From contig NC_068993.1 of assembly GCF_001194135.2 (NCBI RefSeq), forward strand, positions 40,702,605-40,742,404: a stretch of 39,800 nt of DNA. The letters are read 5' to 3'. The notes under the pieces are model-generated. The model saw only the letters and a program-made list of their open reading frames with translations, was not told where the DNA came from and made no database searches. Below, piece by piece: positions 1 through 11,222 of the stretch. Position 1 is the first letter of the stretch. The number at the start of each line of letters is the position of its first letter. The DNA is from Octopus bimaculoides. Taxonomy: Eukaryota. The translations under genes and the position numbers were made by a program.

Positions 1-1160
1 ATATATATATATATATATATATATTTGATACTTTTTGCACAGCATTATTCCTCTCTATGTTCTAATGAAATCAGATTCATTCCAACAACACCATCAGCAA
101 CAAGACCAACGTTAATCTAGATTAAAATATTAAAAAAAGCCAAAAATCAAAGAAAGTAAAACCTCAGTTTTACTCATTACATATAATGCCTGCTGACTTT
201 CTCTGCCAATATGTATGGTATCATGTTGTCAATTTACAATTATTGTGGAGACATTTTGCTGACTAAGTAAGGGATAAGAATGCTGATGTTTTAATGTTGT
301 TTTATGTCTACTTTTGTGCTGATGAATGATATTGTTTACTTGTTTACTTCATACTAATTAGCTGCGTATTAACTCCACTAATATTAATATAATACTGGCT
401 AGATGTTTAGTCTGTATGTTATTGTACCAGTATTTAATCACCATATCTTAAGCGTTAGCGTTTTGTCAATCAATTCAACGGTTCACAGAATTGTTGAAGA
501 CATTATTTATGTTGTTGTTGCTGTTGTAGGTGTTGTTCTTGTTGTTGTTGTTTATGTTCTTGTTTATGCTGTAGTTGTGTATGCATGTTTATGTTGTTGT
601 TGTTGCAGGTATTGTTGATAGTCCCAGTTAGTTCCCTCCAGGTAGATACAAAACAGATTCAAACATCTTAGAAGTTCATTGCTTAACTCAGTCTGTATCC
701 ACCCCTGTAAATGCTATCGGTCCTACTATAATTGGTTTGTTGTTCTGTTAACTACAGAACAGCTGACATCCAGAATACATAGTTTCATTGCTGCCATCAG
801 AAACACACCAAACAATCGTCGCATGCAAAAATTTAACCAGAGTTCAGAATTTCAATATTTAGGTAAAACTTCCTACGCTAATTGCTTCTACGGAAATCAA
901 CAATGTTAGATTCATAACATATCTAACTGGCTGAATCATCAGAATATTTGCCTTGTATTATTTCTTCCAGTTTTTTTTGGGTTTTTTTTGTTCATTCTGA
1001 GTTCAAATACTACTGAGACTAACTTTATGTTTCATCACTCCAAGGTCATTAAAAGGAATTACCAGTCAAAGCATTTGGTTAATGGTGTCCACTATTATAC
1101 TGTAGCCTTTAAAATTTCTGGCCTTGAACCTAAATTAGAAACCATTTATTTAATTCATGG

Positions 1161-1321
1161 ATAGGCGCAGAAGTGGATGTGTGGTAAGAAGCTTGCTTTC
1201 CAACGACATGGTCCTAGGTTCAGTCCTATTCCATGACACCTTGGGTAAATGTCTTCTACTATAACCTGGGGCCAACCAAAGCCACGTGAATGGATTTGGT
1301 TGGCAGAAACTGATAGAAGCC

Positions 1322-1371
<50 letters not shown>

Positions 1372-1595
1372 GTGTGTGTGTGTGTGTGTATTTTGTATGT
1401 CTGTCTTTGTCCCCCACCATCTCTTGAGGATTGCTGTTAGTGTGTTTACGTCCCCGTAACTTAGCAATTCAGCAAAAAGTGACTGATAGAATAAGTACTA
1501 GGCTTACAAAGAATAAGTCCTGGGGTTGATTTGTTCAGCTAAAGGCGATGCTCCAGCATGGCTGCAGTCAAATAACTGAAACAAGTAAAAGAATA
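1161..1595 (+). mobile_element. SINE family A (octopus OK-like tRNA-headed SINE), full length, with internal (TA)n(TG)n microsatellite
   Basis: Head ggcgcagaagtggatgtgtggtaagaagcttgct...ggttcagtcc resembles a pol III A/B box. It is followed by a body (ccttgggtaaatgtcttctactata...tttggttggcagaaactga), (TA)n at 1327-1369, and a 3' half ending ctccagcatggctgcagtcaaataactgaaacaagtaaaagaat. The same modules recur many times in the window. Confidence 0.85.
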
Positions 1596-1724
1596 TATAT
1601 ACCTGGGGCTAAAAGCAACAGTAACATCCACCCCTAGGGGTCAGCCACATTTAAGTGGCAATATACTACACTTTATATATATATCCATCCATCCATCAAT
1701 TAATCAGTCAATCAACCAATCAAT

Positions 1725-2095
1725 CATGGTTGTGTGGTTAAGAAGTTTGCTTTGCAAGCACATATTTTTTGGGCTCAGTCCCATTGCACAGCACCTTGCT
1801 ATAGCCCCAGGCCAATCAGTGCTGTTTGAATTTGGTAGATATAAATTGTGTGGATGCCTGTCATACACGTGTGTGTGTGTGTGTTTGTGCTTCTCCCTCC
1901 AAACCCATCACCGCTTGATAACTGGTGTTAGTTTGTCTATCTCCCTATAACTTACTAGCAGTTCAGCAAAAGAATCTGATTCATTTAGTACCACACTTAG
2001 AAAACCTCGTACTAAAGTCAATTAGTTTGACTAAAACCCCTTTGGGGTGGTTGTCTAGTGTGGCCATATTCCAATGACTGAAACAAGTAGAGGAA
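1725..2095 (+). mobile_element. SINE family A, diverged copy
   Basis: Head tggttgtgtggttaagaagtttgct, internal (TG)n, and 3' end tggccatattccaatgactgaaacaagtag; colinear with 1161-1595. Confidence 0.8.
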
Positions 2096-2495
2096 AATAT
2101 ATAAAACTTTTGCAAGAAAAGTGATGATAATGACATTGAAGTTTCAGCATACTAGCCCTATATATATGCGTGCATGCACACACACAAGAGATCTAAAGAG
2201 CCTCAGTATAGAAGACGTTTAGTAGTGCACAAATGATTCAAACTTAGACTCTGATGTCTTTACAAGGGGGTCTACCTTTCAATTTTCTCTGTCGTTTGTA
2301 CTGTGTAAGTTGGATCTATCATTATTTTTAAATATCTATATATTTAAATATACTTAAATATTCATTGTCTGAAAGCCTCCACTCTTTACTTTCTCTTGTT
2401 TTGATTGTATATATACACACACACACACATTTTGTATTTCATACCCAAGTTGTTATATTTAATATTATTTACTTTGTTTATCTGCATCATTGCCT

Positions 2496-2528
<33 letters not shown>

Positions 2529-2667
2529 CNNNNNNNNNNNNNNNNNNNNNNNNNNNNNNNNNNNNNNNNNNNNNNNNNNNNNNNNNNNNNNNNNNNNNNN
2601 NNNNNNNNNNNNNNNNNNNNNNNNNNNNNNNNNNNNNNNNNNNNNNNNNNNNNNNNNNNNNNNNNNN

Positions 2668-2718
<51 letters not shown>

Positions 2719-3135
2719 GTGTGTGTGTGTGTGTGTATATATAGAAGAATATGAGGGGTTTAGTTTACTGGTGATCTAAACGAATAGGTACGCTGAATAA
2801 GTGCTATAATTGGTTGTCCGTTAGGTTCCAAGTTCACAGCTGAGGCTGGAGCTAGGGACCTGTATTAGGCTTCCATGTTAGCAGGCATATATTAGAGGAA
2901 AAGAAGAATAAAATCCAAGGCAGGACGCGTATCTCAAAGTCATAATTAGAGTAAGGTGGATTCACCTGGTTTTTGTTGTCCTTTTCCTCTAATATATATG
3001 TGTATAAATATATGTGTGTGTGTGTGTATTCTTTTTTAGAGTTGTTTTTGTTTTACATGTGACTTGAGCTGAGACTGTTGAAACTGACATAACTCCACCT
3101 TGGAAGAGTCACTAACAAAGTGCCACACTGCATCA

Positions 3136-3369
3136 TTTATTACTTTATTTCCCACAGGGGACTAAACATAGAGAGGACAAACGAGGACAGACAAAGGGAT
3201 TTAGTCAATTACATCGACCAAAGTGCGTAATTGGTGCTTATTTAATCGACCCTGAAAGGATGAAACGCAAAGTCGACCTTGGTGGAATTTGAACTGAGAA
3301 CGTAACGGCAGATGAAATACCGCTTAGTATTTCGGCTGGCATGCTAACGTTTCTGCCAGCTCACCACCA
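3136..3369 (-). mobile_element. SINE family B, near full-length young copy
   Basis: Minus strand reads ggtggtgagctggcagaaacgttagcatgcc...gttctcagttcaaattccaccaaggtcgactttgcgtttcatcctttcagggtcgattaaataag...aaataaagtaat. CpGs are retained. Homologous to many fragments in the window. Confidence 0.85.
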
Positions 3370-3754
3370 TGGTGTTAGATAGATTACATCTCCAATTAAT
3401 ATATATTCATTTCCATTTAGATTCTAAACATTTCAATAAATTACCTTCTCCCTATTGGGTTACATCTACTTAGTCAACCCCCACTTCCTCTGCCATTCTT
3501 GTTTCATTTATAAGCCAGACACCCAGTTGTCTTCATATAAATTTTGCCAGCTTCAAGTGAGTTTTCTCCAACTTCTGCAAAGTACCTCATTCAAATACTG
3601 TGCTTCTTTTATTCCTATATTATCTCTTATTTCTTTCATTCAAAGTCTGTGACCATGCTGGTGCACCACCTTATAAAATTTTTAGTCATTGTTTTTTTGA
3701 AGCTTAGTACTTATTTTCTTGGATATCTTTTGCTGAACTGTTAAATTACAGGGA

Positions 3755-4045
3755 ACGTAAAACCCACTAACAATGGTTGTCAGGCAGTGGTGGGGGACAA
3801 ACACACACACACACACACACAAACAAACAAACATATTCCTTCCTCTCTGTTAGGAGACACAAGCTCTTTCACACACATGTACACATTTAATGAGAACTTG
3901 CATCCACCAAATTCACCATAATGTTTTGGTTGGCCCATGGTTATAGTAGAAGACACTTGCCTAAGGTACCATGCTGTGGGACTGAACCTGGAACCATGTG
4001 GTTGGAAGCAAGATTCTTACCATGCAGCTACACCTGCACCTATAG
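3755..4045 (-). mobile_element. SINE family A copy
   Basis: Reverse complement of the family A head (agtagaagacacttgcctaaggtaccatgctgtgggactgaacctggaaccatgtggttggaagcaagattcttacc) plus (CA)n and part of the 3' half. Confidence 0.8.
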
Positions 4046-4119
4046 GTTATAATACTTCTTTTACTTTAAGGTTTACTTTTCTTTACTTAGAATTTATAAT
4101 AAAGTTTATAAAGAAAAGT

Positions 4120-4270
4120 AGCCACTTGTTCTAGACTGCTTTGGTTCAATGGGACAGCACTTCCTGTTTTAAAGTGATCTAAATTAAAACCTTCCTTGAA
4201 AATTTAATGTCAAATTTATATTTCAAACACCAGCTTGATAATAACAAAGTTATTTTACTAACTTCTCAGC
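4120..4270 (-). mobile_element. Internal fragment of TTAA-MITE family 2
   Basis: aaagtgatctaaattaaaaccttcc...tttcaaacaccagcttgata is the reverse complement of the core of the copies at 26779-27227 and 33205-33385. Confidence 0.6.
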
Positions 4271-4639
4271 CGAAGAGGCTGTGCATTGTAATATCATGGT
4301 TTGATAACATCAGGGTCTTTAGTTATCACATAATGTGGCTTCTGATGTATTCAGGTTTATCAAACACTAGAGAAAAACTACTCTCTGCTAGACTATTTTG
4401 GGATTATGTTATAATGTGTTTTACATATCTTATTAGAGTTAATATCTGTTATAACTGAATCTAAGTTGTGATATCAAAAGTCCCAGCTTGAGATGAAAAC
4501 TTAGTACATTTATCAATGTTGTCGTCATCATCATCAGTATCTTCATCATTGTACTTGCTATCATCAGCATTATCATCATTGTCATTACCATCGTTTTTGT
4601 CATCATCATCATCATCATCCCTCCGTGGACGTTATTAGA

Positions 4640-4830
4640 AGTCATAGGGCTGGTCCCCCAGTTTCCAAGACATAATAATGACCAAGATCACAACATTCCC
4701 CCCACTGAACAGCAACATGAATGAAAGTGGGTTTTTTTTTTGCTCAAGAACATGACGCACCTCTTGCTCTGGGAATTGAAACCACGTTCCCCTGATCATG
4801 AGTGCAACACCCTAACCACTACACTACATA
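4640..4830 (-). mobile_element. Diverged tRNA-headed SINE (family D-related)
   Basis: ttgctcaagaacatgacgcac...gggaattgaaaccacg...catgagtgcaacaccctaaccact is the reverse complement of a tRNA-like head (agtggttagggtgttgcactcatg...ggtttcaattccc). Confidence 0.65.
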
Positions 4831-5832
4831 CAAGCATTTATAGCGTGGTATCATAGTATTCTCATCTTCGCTCTGCAGTAACTATAGCAGTCTCTCTTTA
4901 AAGCAGTTGCTCTCCTTGACAGAAGACCTCCTCCCTCGCTCCACCCCCTCTCTCTCTCTCTTTTCCTATCCCATACACTTTTGTATGGTGGTTTTATTTT
5001 GAAGTGGCCATTCATACTGGTCGGTTGCACCTAAGAATTGCTAATAGATTTACTATAGCTTTTTGAGTGCTGCTTTCTGATTAATCATCAGGGAATACGA
5101 TTGCTGTATAAAAGCTAATGTTAAAGGTATACTGTTTGGGCAGCAGGCTTGTTAATTGTACATCAAAAGCAAATGTGAACCTGAGAATTTAACACTCAAG
5201 GGGTTTTATTATATCATAAGCTTTAAGAATATAAGAATCTGAATGAAGAAGAACAAAAACAACAAAAAAAAAAGAAGAAAAAAACGTATCCCTTCCATTC
5301 AAATTGCCAATATGTGTTTGTATAATATAAACCTAATACTATTGACTTATTTTTTTCCTCCATCTAAATTGCTTACATAACTCAAATGGTACGTAATGAT
5401 TCTTTTAAAAAACAGACTCTAATCTAATCTAATCGTCCTTTCTACTGAACAAATCAACTGCTTCCAGCTTTAAAATCTTTTTGTAATTATTTGGTTTACA
5501 ATTTCGCCATTTCCTTGAACATATACTGGAATATTTATCAATGCCTTTGAGGAAAAGTAATATTTTTCTCACAGGCATTGAAAGCACAACAGTTTCCATT
5601 CCTACTGGTTGCTGTTTCATTCGCCAATTGGCAGATTCCTTAGAACATCAGCTCAACTGCTTTGTGGTGATCATTCTAGGTCTCTGCATTATGCGTTCGA
5701 ACCCCACCAAGGTCAATATCGGCTTTCATCCTTTTTAAGGATGATAAATAAAATAGACTGTTTTGTATGCGGTCAGCTCTTTCTTACAACTTGTTTTTCT
5801 CTCTCTCTGTTTGTCTTTCTGTTCTCCCTCTT

Positions 5833-5863
<31 letters not shown>

Positions 5864-6339
5864 CTCTCTCTCTCTCTCTCCCTCGTGAAAGAAAATCAAC
5901 TGTGCTTAGGCCTGTGGGGTCAGGAGTCAGCTCTAAAAGTGACTCAGACACACTGTATAGCTTGACAGCATATCTAAAACTCCATCAGCAGTTGAGGACA
6001 CACCACTACTGCCACCACCACCATCATTACCCTCATACCACCACCAACACTACAGTTCACTTAGATTTTTCTACTGATGAAATGGAAAGGGAAGAAAAGG
6101 CATAACCATCATACATTCTCATTTCTTTTTCTCATTGAATCTGAAGCCTTATCACCTAATACTTGTAAAAAAGTGTCACCATTCTTTCTTTACAATCTTC
6201 CATGAAAACATGTCCGGTCATGGTGAAATATTGACCTTGCAAATGAGGATTGGCAACAGGAAGGGGCATCCCAGCTGTAGAAAATTTGCCATGATAAAAT
6301 TCTGTCCTGCCCATGTGAGCATGGGAAAATGGATATTAA

Positions 6340-6561
6340 CCCTTTGGCATTCAGATTACTCCATCACATGTAATGCTTATTCATTCAAACTGTTTTGAAT
6401 TAATCATGCATCATCTCATAGCTTCTAGATTTTGAGGATGTGATGGTTTTGCTTTTAGAATGACACTGCCAGGGTAGTCGTGAGAGTCCTGATCTGGTCA
6501 GTTTGAACACAAAGCAGGCAGAATATTTCGGCCGGATATGGCTGGTTTGAATGCTAAAGGG
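6340..6561 (-). mobile_element. Non-autonomous piggyBac-type MITE, family 1, intact termini
   Basis: TTAA(6336-6339)-CCCTTTGGCATTCA ... TGAATGCTAAAGGG-TTAA(6562-6565). The TIRs match at 13/14 nt and start with CCC, and both flanks are TTAA. Strand is assigned only relative to the other copies. Confidence 0.8.
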
Positions 6562-7240
6562 TTAAGCCAATGATGATGGTGATGATGATAATGATGTTGC
6601 TGATGATGTCAACCAATTTAAGCTTTTGAGCCAAAGAAATTAGCAAGTCCACTTGATCTTTTATAATAACAGTTAATTTCTATAAATAAATATTTCCATT
6701 TCGAATTGTTCTGCCTCTTTGAACCCATTCTTTGCTTAATGATGAATAGCTTTGTTATTGTTGCTGCTGTGGTTGTTGTTGTTGTTTATGGGGGGGGGTT
6801 TTTTTTTTTTTTCTTTTCTGTCTGACTAGATTGCGTGTATTTTCATTATATCTCATCATTTTAGTGCAATCTTATTCCCAAGACTTACCATTTCCTGCTT
6901 CTATACTCACCTGAAACAGCACTCTCCTTTCTCCCTCCACACTCACACCCACTTCTCTCATTACCCCCCCTCCCCTTGTTTCTCCCACCTCTCTCTTACT
7001 CTCTTTCTTTCTCCCTTTCTCTCTCCTCTCTTTCTCTCTCTCTCTCTCTCCTCTGTATTTGTATATATATATATGTTTGTACATGTGTGTAAACTTAAAT
7101 CATCTCCTCATATCACTTTAATTAGGACATTGTTTATTATTTCTTCTTAATTGGCTCAACATATGTTTGAAAATAATCATGAGGCTTAATAAGTCTAAAT
7201 CTGCAACTGCTTTCAGTAATGTATCCACTCGCTGCAGGTG

Positions 7241-7350
7241 GCAGCAGCAGTAGTAGCAGCAGCAGTAGTAGCAGCAGCAGTAGTAGCAGCNNNNNNNNNN
7301 AGCAGTAGTAGCAGCAGCAGTAGTAGCAGCAGCAGTAGTAGCAGCAGCAG
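7241..7350. repeat. 15-bp compound minisatellite (GCA)3(GTA)2 interrupted by a 10-N gap
   Basis: The unit gcagcagcagtagta is repeated exactly on both sides of the gap 7291-7300. Confidence 0.95.
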
Positions 7351-7579
7351 CGACAGCATATGCATTGCACATTCTCATTCTGTATACTTTAAGTTTCCTC
7401 ATTTCTTAAAGTAGAATCATTTAAAAGTTCTTCTCTCTCTCTGTCTCTCTGTCTCTCTCTCTCTCTCTCGTGTGTGTGTCTGTCTGTCTGTCCACCCCAT
7501 GCCAGCATGTAAAGTGGACATTGAATGACAACATATATCTATGTGTATGTGTGTGTGTGTGTATATATGTATCTTTATA

Positions 7580-7880
7580 TCATCATCTTCATTTAACGTC
7601 CACTTTCCATGCTGGCATGGGTTGGACAGTTTGACTGAGAACTAGCAAGCCAGGAGGCTGCACCAAGCTCCAGTCTGATTTGGCAAGGTTTCTACAGATG
7701 GTTGCCCTTCCTAACGTCAATCACCCTGAGAGTGTAGTGGGTGCTTTTACGTGCCACCGGCACGGGAGCCAGTTAGGTGCACTGGTATCGGCCATGCTCA
7801 AATGGTGGTTTACACATGCCACTGGCATGGGTGCCCTGGTCAGGCAGCACTGGCATCAGTCACACCCGAATGGTACTTTT
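7580..7880 (-). mobile_element. SINE family C (3' portion with (GAT)n tail)
   Basis: catcatcttcatttaacgtccactttccatgctggcatgggttggacag...gttgcccttcctaacgtcaatcac...gtagtgggtgcttttacgtgccacc is the reverse complement of 20870-21085. Confidence 0.85.
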
Positions 7881-8515
7881 NNNNNNNNNNNNNNNNNNNN
7901 NNNNNNNNNNNNNNNNNNNNNNNNNNNNNNNNNNNNNNNNNNNNNNNNNNNNNNNNNNNNNNNNNNNNNNNNNNNNNNNNNNNNNNNNNNNNNNNNNNNN
8001 NNNNNNNNNNNNNNNNNNNNNNNNNNNNNNNNNNNNNNNNNNNNNNNNNNNNNNNNNNNNNNNNNNNNNNNNNNNNNNNNNNNNNNNNNNNNNNNNNNNN
8101 NNNNNNNNNNNNNNNNNNNNNNNNNATATATATATATATATATATAATCAGGCAGCACTATATATATATAGTGAGAGAGAGAGAGAGTAAGTGATAGGTT
8201 GGTAGACAGATAGATAGGTATATTTATCTATATCTAGACAGATACATTCATGTGTGTGTGTGTGTGATTTGTGGTTTTCAACATGCTTTTGAGTGTAACC
8301 ACTTTCTCGTCAGTGGTAACAGGTTTGGCATCATTTCCACTATGGGCCTTCTGCTGGTTTTGTGACAGATGTGTTGCCCATAATTTGGTCAAGAATTGCA
8401 TCAACAGTTGCTTCACCCCTATGCAAGTATCTAGAAGGGAAATGCCACTAAACATCCTGCCTAGCATGCTAACTATTCTGCCAGCTCACCGCTTTATTCT
8501 TCAATTTACTATTCA

Positions 8516-8731
8516 CCTTTTAGCATTTAAACCAGTCATTTCAGGCCGAAATATTCTGTTTTATGCTCAAACTGACTAGATCTGACCTCATGCACCTACC
8601 CTACAAACTCATTCTAAAAATAAGCATTCATAATCATCAAAATCTCAAGGCTACAAGATAATGATGATTAATTCAAAATAATGTGGATGAAAAATTATTG
8701 CATTTGACAGAATAATCCGAATGCTAAAGGG
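8516..8731 (+). mobile_element. piggyBac-type MITE family 1 copy
   Basis: cctttt-agcatttaaacc ... aatgctaaaggg followed by TTAA (8732-8735); inverted relative to 6340-6561. Confidence 0.8.
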
Positions 8732-8920
8732 TTAAAGTGTTTATTATATATAACTTGACACAAAAAGCAAACATNNNNNNNNNNNNNNNNNNNNNNNNNN
8801 NNNNNNNNNNNNNNNNNNNNNNNNNNNNNNNNNNNNNNNNNNNNNNNNNNNNNNNNNNNNNNNNNNNNNNNNNNNNNNNNNNNNNNNNNNNNNNNNNNNN
8901 NNGCTCGGGAATACGGAAAG

Positions 8921-8957
8921 TCTTTGACGTTTCGAGCTACGCTCTTCAACAGAAAGA
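8921..8957 (-). ncRNA. Candidate minimal type-I hammerhead ribozyme (variant core) in a probable Penelope-like or retrozyme remnant (8903-9000)
   Basis: Minus strand: UCUUU-CUGUUGA-A-GAGC GUA GCUC-GAAA-CGUC-AAAGA. Helix I is UCUUU/AAAGA, helix II is GAGC/GCUC, and the palindromic ACGU mini helix III leads to a GUC cleavage triplet. Core position 6 is U rather than A, and there is one extra A after A9. Confidence 0.6.
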
Positions 8958-8990
8958 AAACGGAGACAAGGAGAAAAACACGGAGAAAAA

Positions 8991-9034
<44 letters not shown>

Positions 9035-9754
9035 AATGTGTGTGTGTGTATTTGTAATAATTTGCAAGAGACACTACTTTGTCTTCTAAATACAAATGGT
9101 TTTTATTAGACTTAATATAAACATATCATTTTTTTCACTTTATGTTATACATCATTTCGGATACTGTAGCTACTTTGCCACATATGTACGCGTATACGCA
9201 TATGTGTATGTGTATATGGATGCATTGATTAGTAGTCCGGTATATAAAAACCATATTCAACCACCTAAATCGATATATCTAGAAAGGTCAAACCTTAAAC
9301 ATCATCTCTCGCTATCATATTGAAGAAATGCACACAGAGCTTATTTTGTATTTGCTTCCACACTTTTTTTTTTTCTAATGTCTTTTAAAATCAAATGAGA
9401 ATAAAAAGAAATTTTAAACATAATTTTTATGAGATTTTAACATCTTTTTAAACGAATAATTTATTTTATTGCTGTTAGTCTTGAGAATTTATGAGTCTGT
9501 GAAATTACTTGTTTAGGCAGTTCTTATTTAGATATAAATTTTGTTACCATTCTTTCAATGAATCCTTGTTTCCTTTTCTTTAACATTCAAATAGTTTCTT
9601 TGTCTCAACTTTTTTCTATTGTCAAGGGTATTTTTATTTCCAAGTTATTTATAATGCAAAAACCTTTATCTATTTTTGCTCTAATTTTTAAACAAAAGGC
9701 AACCAAAAAATTTCTAATTCGCTCTAATAGTCTTTCAGAAAAATCATCAGCACA

Positions 9755-10185
9755 GCAGACAGAATGCTTTGCAAGTATTAGTTCCAGCTCTTTCCATTCT
9801 GAGTTCATATCTCGCTATGGTCAGCATTCCTTTTTTGTACTTCCAGGATTGATAAAATAAAACCTCAGTCAAGGGGTCAAATTGACGGTATTGACTGCTC
9901 ACTTTCTTTTCAAAATTACAGGCCTTGTGCAAAAATTAGAAACCACTATATAAAGATGTGTGAGTTTGTTGTTATTATTACTGTTGTTACTAAGGCAGCA
10001 AGCTGACAGAATTGGTAGCATGCTAGGCAAAATACTTAGCAACATTTCATCTATCCTTACATTCTGAGTTCAAATTCTACGAAGGGCGAATTTGCCTTTC
10101 ATCCTTTCAGGGTCAATAAAATATAATACCTGTTGAACACTGGGGTTGATGTAATTGACTTACCCCCTACCTTGAAGTTACCACT
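9755..10185 (+). mobile_element. Two adjacent SINE family B copies (about 9755-9945 and 9990-10185)
   Basis: Both contain ttctgagttca...ctttc...gataaaata and ggggt...aattgac modules. The second has the head ggcagcaagctgacagaattggtagcatgctaggcaaaatacttagc. Confidence 0.75.
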
Positions 10186-10968
10186 GTTGCTTAGCCCTGG
10201 GTCAGTCCTGATCAAAGATGTTTGATTTGTGGTCATTTTGACATACCAGTTGCTGCACTGTCCAATTAAGCCTTTAATTCAGATGGTACACAGTCATCTG
10301 AGTGACATCAGACTATTGTATGTAGCAGGAGATGTGACCATATTGAAGCTGTCTCATTGGCTTTGGTGCATGTGAAAGAGATGTAGAAATAAGGTGTAGA
10401 TTGACCAAAGATAAGGTGACTGAGACATATGTTCAATGACCAATCAATGCCTGGAAAGCATAACAAGCTAGTTTGCTAGACAGAAACTGAAAGAATTCTG
10501 TTGCGTCTGAATAACTCTTCAATTTGGTAGTGGCTTTGTATTTTGGCACAAAACTAGCACAAGACTAGCTTGAAGATTCATGACTTTCCTTGGAAAAGGT
10601 CCAGCAGTGGTTTCGTGTTTATTCACAGGTTACTCTGCTAGTTTTCTGCTCTCGGAAGCATATCCTTAAAGCATCAAGGCCTGTTTGGTCCTTATGCAAG
10701 AGGATTGGTTCACTCGAAATCAGGATGTGCCCACAAACTGGTGGGCCTGTATGACATGTCTAGGGATGAGCCCTTCTCCAAATCCTGTTTGCCTTACCCT
10801 ACAGGACCATCATCTGCTGTTTGATCTATAACTAGAGTCCTTGGCAGAGACTATCATTTCTGGTCAGGCCAAACATTAGAGTAGGGGTGACTAAGGGTTA
10901 ACTCCTTTCCTTACTCTTTAAAACCTCTAAACTCCCAAGATGGAGCCTCACCACTGGATGCAGTTATA

Positions 10969-11176
10969 CCCATAAGCAATTTAAATCTGCCATATCCAGT
11001 CCAGATATTCAATTTTTTTTACGTCCAAAATGACCAGATCTGAACTCTTACACCTATCCTAAAATGTCATTCTAAATGTAAATACATACTTGAAATTTTG
11101 GAGCCACAAGATATTATTTCAAAATAATGTGAATAATAAGTATTACATTTGGCAGAGTAATCTGAGTGCTAAAGGA
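10969..11176 (+). mobile_element. piggyBac-type MITE family 1 copy (first unit of a tandem pair)
   Basis: Colinear with 8516-8731; ends gagtgctaaagga-TTAA (11177-11180). Confidence 0.7.
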
Positions 11177-11222
11177 TTAATGTCTGTCTGGCTTGGCATC
11201 TTAATTTAACTTCAAACTTTAA

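Noticed and set aside
5429-5620. Minus-strand ORF ending ...LKLEAVDLFSRKDD with a possible internal acceptor
   Set aside because: Short, unrecognised, and indistinguishable from random AT-rich ORFs.
8271-8431. Minus-strand frames YLHRGEATVDAILDQIMGNTSVTKPAEGP and TCIGVKQLLMQFLTKLW...
   Set aside because: The acceptor abuts a truncated SINE head, there is no good donor, and no family is recognised. It could be an unclassified transposon remnant.
9558-9808. ORFs on both strands near 9600-9800
   Set aside because: They partly read through a SINE family B copy, and the remainder has no recognisable motif.
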